The notes beneath the pieces were generated by a model that saw only the letters and a list, made by a program, of their open reading frames with translations, searched no databases and had not been told where the DNA came from. Below, one piece after another: positions 58,086 to 64,000 of a DNA stretch of 64,000 nt. The position numbers and the translations under genes were made by a program. Source of the stretch: a candidate division WOR-3 bacterium (GTDB lineage: Bacteria > Hydrothermota > Hydrothermia > B15-G9 > WFZT01); contig JALUEE010000033.1 in the NCBI GenBank assembly GCA_027053075.1, forward strand, positions 64,001 to 128,000, read 5' to 3'. The first letter of the stretch is position 1; each line of letters begins with the position of its first letter.

Positions 58086-60086
58086 TCACCTCAATTTGAT
58101 AACTTTCCCTTCTATGGTTTTGTTCAAGCCATAAAAGTAAATTCCCTGTGGAGCTGGTTTACCGTTTTCGTCCCTTCCATCCCATTCAGCATGTCCATTT
58201 TTGATGGGAATTTCTCTCACGAGCCTGCCTGAGACGTCCAGAATCCGGATTTTTCCCGATTTGATATTTGAAGGTGTGAGGAAACTTAATCTATTAGAAA
58301 ATGGATTGGGAAATGCAGAAATAGTGAGAATATGTGAAGGCGAAATGTGTTCGGATACACCTACGTTTAATCCAAGCCACTGCAATACACGTCTTAATAC
58401 AACTGTTCTTCCCGCATAGGTTGGTGGCAATTCACCGAGTCCCTCTATCCCAAAGCTAAAGAAGACCACCTTATAAGCTCCACTATATCTCACACCTGCG
58501 ATTGAGTCAGTGTAGCCATTGTATGTAAACACCGGGTATGCATCTGCAGTGGGTTGTATTACATCCTTTGAAGTCTGGTTCATTGCGCTATTTGGACCAG
58601 ATGTAACAAGGCTCAGGCTGTTCCCTATAGGGTCGCCGTTCACACCATTTATGAATATACCGGCAAAATTTGGAGCCACGAAGCTTGCGTGCAAATAATT
58701 GGATAAAAATGAATTACCAGCGATGTTCTCTGCTATGTTCTGGCCTGTGATAAAGAGATTACCTCCCTGATTTAGATACGCGGTTAAAACGTTTATCTCA
58801 CCATTTGTCAATGAATTTGTAGTACTGTTGCCCGTGAACCACAGGACATACGGGTAATTTGCCAGCCAATCGGCAGTAACATTACCTTCACTGACTTGAT
58901 CCCACCTGTCATATATCGTTAATATCGAATCGAGATTGGGATATATGAAGTCCTCATAATGGTCACCTTCATCATCGTCAATGACTATAAGTTGCGGGAA
59001 ACCGATTTCAAGGGATATCGGTATGTCAATTGTATAGTTCTGTGCCTCGATGTGCAGATTAAAGCTGGCTATGTGCACTTCTGCATTTGAGCTGACATTT
59101 ATAACAAATGGATCTGATGAATTGTCAGCACTGCTTCCTGATGGAATGTCAGGGTAACTGGAAACGGAGTCAACTACATTAACCGATGGGTCTGTGGTGC
59201 TTAAATATGCGGTAACGTTATTGGCATCCTGATAGTAATTCTCGTTGGCAATGGTGATTATGATATTAGCATTTTCACCAGGTTCAACACGGCCATTGTT
59301 GTTCCCTGCTGAGTCATCAACCCGAAGGCCGGCAACATAAAGATTGGGATGGTTAATGGTAATGTGGCTGCCTGTAACCTGCAAAATTGCCTTTGTATTG
59401 TCATCCTGGAGAAACACTAAAAATTCACAGTTGGGAATTACCCACAACGTATCAACAGTAAAGGCCTGAGTATCAACTACGACCTGACCCGAATCAATTG
59501 AAATAGGTGTGCCATTTACATTTGGCAGCATGTCACGGAAGACATAATTGTGAACGCGCTCACCGTTTGGTGATGTGAAGTGAATATTAGACTCCACAAT
59601 TGCATACCTCAATTTTAAGTTGTTGTAGTTCACAGCTCTATCTGCCTCTATTGTGGTTATCATGTATCCAGTTCGATGTGCATCATCATAGTTAATTTCA
59701 AGTGTAAGGTTGATTGGTGTTACACTCCCCAGTTCGTTTAGTGTTAAGTTTTCCCAGGTTGAATACTGGTATCTTCCGTCAATGTTTCCGTTCACAAACA
59801 GATGAGGAGTGTAATTAACACCATAGTAGTTTATCCTCGCTCTGTTTTCCGAAATGTTGTATAAGTAAAATGGGTCACTGCTGTTTGGCCACCAGGCGTG
59901 ATATTTTATACCGTAGACACCACTACTTCCGTGGCGAGCTATTATTGTGTCAAACTCCGCATCAGCAGGGGGACAGGATGGGCAACCATTATTGGTCACT
60001 TCTTCAAGTAAAACGTGCTTCGTGTAACCTGAAAGTGTCCCAATCACCAGGATTGGTAAAAAGATTTTATACAGCAAACTCCTCAT
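58086..60086 (-). CDS. Omp28-related thioredoxin-like secreted protein with FlgD/T9SS-type C-terminal domain
   Basis: Signal peptide; VLLEE.T...CPSC, YH..WP...DPF, R..YYG...TP...NG, H..VFR, F.QD; C-terminal FPNPF..I.DVSGRLV..WDGRD..G....GIYF. Confidence 0.82.
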   Translation of the reverse strand: MRSLLYKIFLPILVIGTLSGYTKHVLLEEVTNNGCPSCPPADAEFDTIIARHGSSGVYGIKYHAWWPNSSDPFYLYNISENRARINYYGVNYTPHLFVNGNIDGRYQYSTWENLTLNELGSVTPINLTLEINYDDAHRTGYMITTIEADRAVNYNNLKLRYAIVESNIHFTSPNGERVHNYVFRDMLPNVNGTPISIDSGQVVVDTQAFTVDTLWVIPNCEFLVFLQDDNTKAILQVTGSHITINHPNLYVAGLRVDDSAGNNNGRVEPGENANIIITIANENYYQDANNVTAYLSTTDPSVNVVDSVSSYPDIPSGSSADNSSDPFVINVSSNAEVHIASFNLHIEAQNYTIDIPISLEIGFPQLIVIDDDEGDHYEDFIYPNLDSILTIYDRWDQVSEGNVTADWLANYPYVLWFTGNSTTNSLTNGEINVLTAYLNQGGNLFITGQNIAENIAGNSFLSNYLHASFVAPNFAGIFINGVNGDPIGNSLSLVTSGPNSAMNQTSKDVIQPTADAYPVFTYNGYTDSIAGVRYSGAYKVVFFSFGIEGLGELPPTYAGRTVVLRRVLQWLGLNVGVSEHISPSHILTISAFPNPFSNRLSFLTPSNIKSGKIRILDVSGRLVREIPIKNGHAEWDGRDENGKPAPQGIYFYGLNKTIEGKVIKLR

Positions 60087-60653
60087 ATTTTGTACCTCCT
60101 TTGTCTGAAAAGTTTTTTGCTACTGGGACTTTAAATTCTAATGCTTTAAAAAGCCACTTTGTCTTTGTAAAACTATCAAAACCTACAAAGACATCCGAGG
60201 ACGTCTCGAAGAGATCAGCTGTTTCTATGGCTCCAATATTCTCATTTTCTATGCCCTTGTTTGGTTTAATGGTTGTATCTATGCCCTGGTAAGCAGAAAT
60301 ATTGTGATCTTGCCTATGTATTTGTGTTTTGCACGGGTTGCAAGTTACAGGTGGGAATAAGGGGATGGAAAAGGGCGTCAGGATAAACATGAAAAGGTTG
60401 TTGGAGCGTAGTCGTTTGAAAAGAAAGTCGAAAAATATTTCCTCTTTATCGAGCCGAATAAATCTGGTGTATTCCACCCTGATATTTTAATTGGCCAATA
60501 TATGCCGTGCAACAATTTCGGGTTTAATGAGCACCAATTGACATGCGCGGAAGTTGTAGATATATACTCGCCCCAGGATATGCCCATGGAATATAATCCT
60601 CCTTTCTATTTTCCCTCATAATTCGCACATGATGTTAAGTAGAATCCACCTTA

Positions 60654-60687
60654 AATAGTTGACCGTTTTAGTCAACTATTGTATAAT
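60654..60687 (+). promoter_or_regulatory. suf promoter overlapped by an IscR/Rrf2 type-1-like operator
   Basis: AATAGTTGAC-CGTTTTA-GTCAACTATT palindrome containing -35 TTGACC (60659-64), then 17 nt and TATAAT (60682-87). Confidence 0.8.
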
Positions 60688-60720
60688 GACATCTCATGAA
60701 TTTATAGTGGAGGTGCGAAA

Positions 60721-61449
60721 ATGAGCGAATTTCGCGTGGAAAATCTTTTTGTTAAACCCAAAGAGGCAGATGAGATAACCATCAAAGGTGTGGATCTTTC
60801 TGTAAAGAGTGGTGAGCTCCATGTGATTATGGGGCCAAACGGAAGTGGAAAAACTACACTTTCCCTTGGCATCATGGGAAGTGAGAGATACGAGATTGTT
60901 GACGGCAGAATATTTCTTGATGGAGAAGATATCACCAGTATGCCCATGGAGGAACGTGCCCTGAAGGGTCTTTTTATTGCGTATCAGGCCCCTCCTGAAA
61001 TCCGGTCTGTTAATTTCCTCACCTTCCTCCGCGAAAGCCTGAAAATCAGAGGCAAGAACGGAGACGATTCTATCATCAAACGAGCGTTTGCAAGGGTGGG
61101 ACTGGATGATGATTTCCTTGACAGAGAACTCTATGTTGGATTTTCAGGTGGAGAGCGCAAGAGGGGAGAAATGGCTCAGCTACTGCTTTTCCATCCCAAG
61201 TTTGCCATCCTCGATGAACCTGACACAGGGGTTGATGTTGATTCCATGAGGCTTATTGCAGGGACCATAAACGAGGCCCTTGAGAAGGGCACTGGTATTG
61301 TACTCATTACACACTATGCCCGTATCCTCGAGCTACTCCCGGACGACTACCATGTTCACGTGCTGATAGGTGGTAAGTTCAGGGCTCACGGTGGACCTGA
61401 CCTTGCAAGGTCTATTGAGAAATCGGGCTTCGAGGGGTTTGGCTCATGA
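60721..61449 (+). CDS. sufC: Fe-S assembly ATPase SufC
   Basis: MGPNGSGKT, Q.P.EI, GFSGGE.KR.E, LDEPD.G.D, ITHY. Confidence 0.94.
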   Translation: MSEFRVENLFVKPKEADEITIKGVDLSVKSGELHVIMGPNGSGKTTLSLGIMGSERYEIVDGRIFLDGEDITSMPMEERALKGLFIAYQAPPEIRSVNFLTFLRESLKIRGKNGDDSIIKRAFARVGLDDDFLDRELYVGFSGGERKRGEMAQLLLFHPKFAILDEPDTGVDVDSMRLIAGTINEALEKGTGIVLITHYARILELLPDDYHVHVLIGGKFRAHGGPDLARSIEKSGFEGFGS

Positions 61450-62750
61450 GGAATTTTGCAAGAAAGGTCGGAGAGTTCAACAACGATCCGGAATGGGTGA
61501 TAAAAATCAGGGAAGACGCAGAGAAATACATTGATACTGCTCCTTATCCCCCTTTTCTGCCGATTCTCGATCTTTCAAATTTCAATCCTCTGAAGCAGGA
61601 TGCCCCAATAGAAATCCCCGAGATCAAAAGTCTTGATGACCTGCCAGAGAATATCAGAGAACTTCTTAAAAAAATGGGTGTTCCCGAGTACGAGTGGGCT
61701 AAAGTGCTTGGACTCCTGCAGGTTGATGAAACAAGCTCCACCTCCTCTTTTAAAGACTACTTTGAAAAGATGGGCCTTGAAGTTCTCCCGATGTCAGAGG
61801 CGCTTAGGCGGTACGACTGGCTTCAGGATTACGCATTCAAACTGATGCCATATAAGGAGAACAAGTATGTAGCTTATCACACGGCTTACTGGAGTGGAGG
61901 GGCATTTATCAGGGTCAAGAAAGGAGTTAAAGTAAAGATTCCCGTGCATGCCTATTTCCTCATTACAGAAGGTGCACTTGCCCAGGCAGACCACGCTTTT
62001 GTACTTGCCGAGGAGGATTCAGAGGTCACATTCATTGAAGGATGTACAGCTCCACCACTGGCGAGGTTTTCTGCCCATATGGGGGCAACTGAAATATACG
62101 TTAAAAAGGGCGCGAAGGTCAGAGGAATTGTGCTTCAGAACTGGCCCCATTACGTCCACACGAGACCGTTTACGCATGCTCTGGTAGAAGAGGAAGGGGA
62201 ACTTCATGTGGTTACCGCTGTTTTGGGTAATGGTGCATCGGCAGGCAGGTATGAGCTAATAGATGTCGTTGGAAAAGGCGGTAAGGCTGTTGTAGAAAGC
62301 ATAACTTTTACAAAAAAAGAGGAAGTTCTTGGCGACTATATCCACATTAACCTCAAGGCACCGGATACCTCAGGTTTGATAATAACTAAGGGAGTGACAA
62401 GGGACCACGGCCAGAATACATCAGCCACAGTTATTAAAGCTGATAAGAATGCAAAAAATGCGAGGGGTCACATTGAGTGTGCGGGACTCCTTCTAACTCC
62501 TGGTGGCAAGCATGAAACCTACCCTGTGCTTTCATCCGAGCTTGGCAGTGTTCACCTTGATCACGAGGCTTATGTTGGCAGAATATCCGAAGAGGCGCTC
62601 GAATACATGAAATCAAGAGGGTTCACAGAAGAGGCGGCAGTAACATTACTCCTTAGAGGTTATATCCAGCCCATATTGAAGCACATTCCATTTGAATACG
62701 TGATGGAAATTATGAGAATCGCAGAAATGGTTGCTTCCGGGGAGGCGTGA
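61446..62750 (+). CDS. sufB: Fe-S scaffold SufB
   Basis: WSGG.FI.V, IEGCTAP, QNW, GHIEC.GLL, HEA.VG.I...YM.SRG. Confidence 0.9.
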   Translation: MRNFARKVGEFNNDPEWVIKIREDAEKYIDTAPYPPFLPILDLSNFNPLKQDAPIEIPEIKSLDDLPENIRELLKKMGVPEYEWAKVLGLLQVDETSSTSSFKDYFEKMGLEVLPMSEALRRYDWLQDYAFKLMPYKENKYVAYHTAYWSGGAFIRVKKGVKVKIPVHAYFLITEGALAQADHAFVLAEEDSEVTFIEGCTAPPLARFSAHMGATEIYVKKGAKVRGIVLQNWPHYVHTRPFTHALVEEEGELHVVTAVLGNGASAGRYELIDVVGKGGKAVVESITFTKKEEVLGDYIHINLKAPDTSGLIITKGVTRDHGQNTSATVIKADKNAKNARGHIECAGLLLTPGGKHETYPVLSSELGSVHLDHEAYVGRISEEALEYMKSRGFTEEAAVTLLLRGYIQPILKHIPFEYVMEIMRIAEMVASGEA

Positions 62751-62752
62751 CG

Positions 62753-63835
62753 ATGAAAAAGGAAATTGTGGAATTTTTAGATATTTTGAACATTCCAGAG
62801 GACGAAAGAGAATTTGTTCTTGGAATACAAACAGAAAAATTGCCAGAGAAGTACGAAAAAGCTAAGGAAGATTTTTTACGTCTTGGCGTGCGTTTTGAGT
62901 TGTACGATAAGCTACCCGGGCATTTTAAGCCTTTTGAAGATTTTGAAGAGGCAAAAGATTGGCTTAAAAATACAAAAGAATTTATACGGGTTGAAATCCC
63001 GGATGGTCTTGAGTTAACTGATCCCATGCCCATTTGCTGTTTTACGAAGGCACCTTCACCCGGTAACCACCATATCAATCTTAGATTTGGTGCGAGATCC
63101 AAAGCCACCGTGGTGGTTGGAAGTACTGTACCCAAAATTACGGGAGATAGCGAGATCAGGAGCAACATGGAGCTGAATGTAGGTGAGGAGGCGGAGGTCA
63201 ACCTCGTGATTCTCAATAGCTTCAGGAAAGAGGCCAAGGTGTTCCCTCTGGTTAGAGGTAAGATTGGGCATGGTGCAAAGATAAATATGACAGTGGTGAA
63301 CCTATTTAACGGCAACAAACATTCAAGTGATTATCAGCTCATAGGTGGTGACAGAGTTGACGTTAAGCTCAATGTGATTTCCTTCTCAAGAAACAGTGAC
63401 AGGGTAGAGGATTCATACAAAATCACTCTTAAGGGCAAGAAATCCCATGCACTACTGAGTATCAGGGGAGTTTCCAGAGATAGTTCCTATCAGAGACACA
63501 TTGCAGTGATAGAGGCGGATACAGAATCAGAGAAGTCTATAGGAATTGCTGATACTGCCGGATTCCTACTTCAGGACGAGTCAAAATTCGAAGTCTGGCC
63601 CTCTTTGATTGTTAAAAATGACAATATCCACCTTGACCACCAGGCCTACGTGGGGCACATTCCCGATGAGACTATAGAATATTTGAGGTCCCGTGGATTT
63701 ACGCGCGAAGGAGCCATGTTCTTGATTGTCCACAGCATGATTGCACCACTAAAATCTTATCTACCACCTCGATTCCAGGATGAGATTGAAAAAATAGCCC
63801 GCTTATTGGTAGAGAATAAAATCCCTGAGATTTGA
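62753..63835 (+). CDS. sufD: SufD-like (SufBD family) protein
   Basis: Beta-helix paralogue of SufB with P.L.V......H.A.VG....YL.SRG; ATG 62753 after GGAGG. Confidence 0.82.
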   Translation: MKKEIVEFLDILNIPEDEREFVLGIQTEKLPEKYEKAKEDFLRLGVRFELYDKLPGHFKPFEDFEEAKDWLKNTKEFIRVEIPDGLELTDPMPICCFTKAPSPGNHHINLRFGARSKATVVVGSTVPKITGDSEIRSNMELNVGEEAEVNLVILNSFRKEAKVFPLVRGKIGHGAKINMTVVNLFNGNKHSSDYQLIGGDRVDVKLNVISFSRNSDRVEDSYKITLKGKKSHALLSIRGVSRDSSYQRHIAVIEADTESEKSIGIADTAGFLLQDESKFEVWPSLIVKNDNIHLDHQAYVGHIPDETIEYLRSRGFTREGAMFLIVHSMIAPLKSYLPPRFQDEIEKIARLLVENKIPEI

Positions 63836-63845
63836 TTTCAACACA

Positions 63846-63872
63846 GCCCCCTAAGAATGGGGGCGCTTTTTT
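63846..63872 (+). terminator. Intrinsic terminator after the suf operon
   Basis: GCCCCC..GGGGGC stem followed by a T-tract. Confidence 0.7.
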
Positions 63873-63915
63873 AAATTTAATATCACTTTAAAAATGATAT
63901 TTATGGAGGCGTGAG

Positions 63916-64000
63916 ATGGAACTTTTAAAGAACAAAGAGATGAAAAAGGAGAAACTGAAGGAGATTTTGAAGGCAATCCATCACGGAGAATCTCCAGATG
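63916..64000 (+). CDS. N-terminus of a probable DUF438 domain protein (partial)
   Basis: GGAGG SD; MELLKNKEMKKEKLKEILKAIHHGESPD resembles the DUF438 start (K..LK.I...LH.G). Confidence 0.6.
   Translation, partial: MELLKNKEMKKEKLKEILKAIHHGESPD

Noticed and set aside
59973..59984. Possible selenocysteine in the Omp28-like redox motif
   Set aside because: Codons are TGC-CCA-TCC-TGT (CPSC); no in-frame TGA.
60067..60600. ORF 60067..60477, inverted repeat TGTCTTTGTA/TACAAAGACA (60160-60193) and a TTGACA near 60538
   Set aside because: The ORF lacks an SD and recognisable domains and overlaps the Omp28 start; the repeat and hexamer may be regulatory, but evidence is too thin to call.
1..64000. 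CRISPR array, rRNA, prophage, integrase or intact transposase
   Set aside because: No regularly spaced direct repeats, rRNA motifs or such protein families were seen in the window.

Overview
Gene-dense chromosomal window (bacterial genetic code) from what looks like a thermophilic, anaerobic diderm bacterium. The lineage is inferred as WOR-3/FCB-like from several T9SS-type C-terminal-domain proteins, a PorU-like C25 peptidase and many archaeal-flavoured genes. Housekeeping genes include fabD, rlmI, ispDF, pdp, recG, xth, an rpsF-ssb-rpsR-rplI-rpsO-pnp run, prs-rplY-pth-hppA, prfB, tatD, rnpB and tRNA-Ala(TGC). Accessory modules include an oxygen-defence cluster (VIT1-rubrerythrin, SOR, a rubredoxin missed by the ORF track, FprA), a lipB-E1a-E1b-E2-VOC-TRAP catabolic operon, an MNT-HEPN toxin-antitoxin pair and a minimal sufCBD operon behind an IscR-type palindrome. 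The best novel signal is a leaderless, Trp-rich 21-aa leader peptide (MFGSTFSYTFLAWPFWWHGGK) with an overlapping hairpin upstream of a stand-alone trpB2, a candidate non-classical Trp attenuator. Other notable observations are pervasive leaderless gene starts, an APC permease fused to a catalytically dead nucleotidyltransferase-like domain, an ATA-initiated methyltransferase, a two-state 5' UTR, and two families of dispersed palindromic repeats. No CRISPR array, rRNA or intact IS was seen. All family assignments come from motif recognition by eye; no database searches were run.
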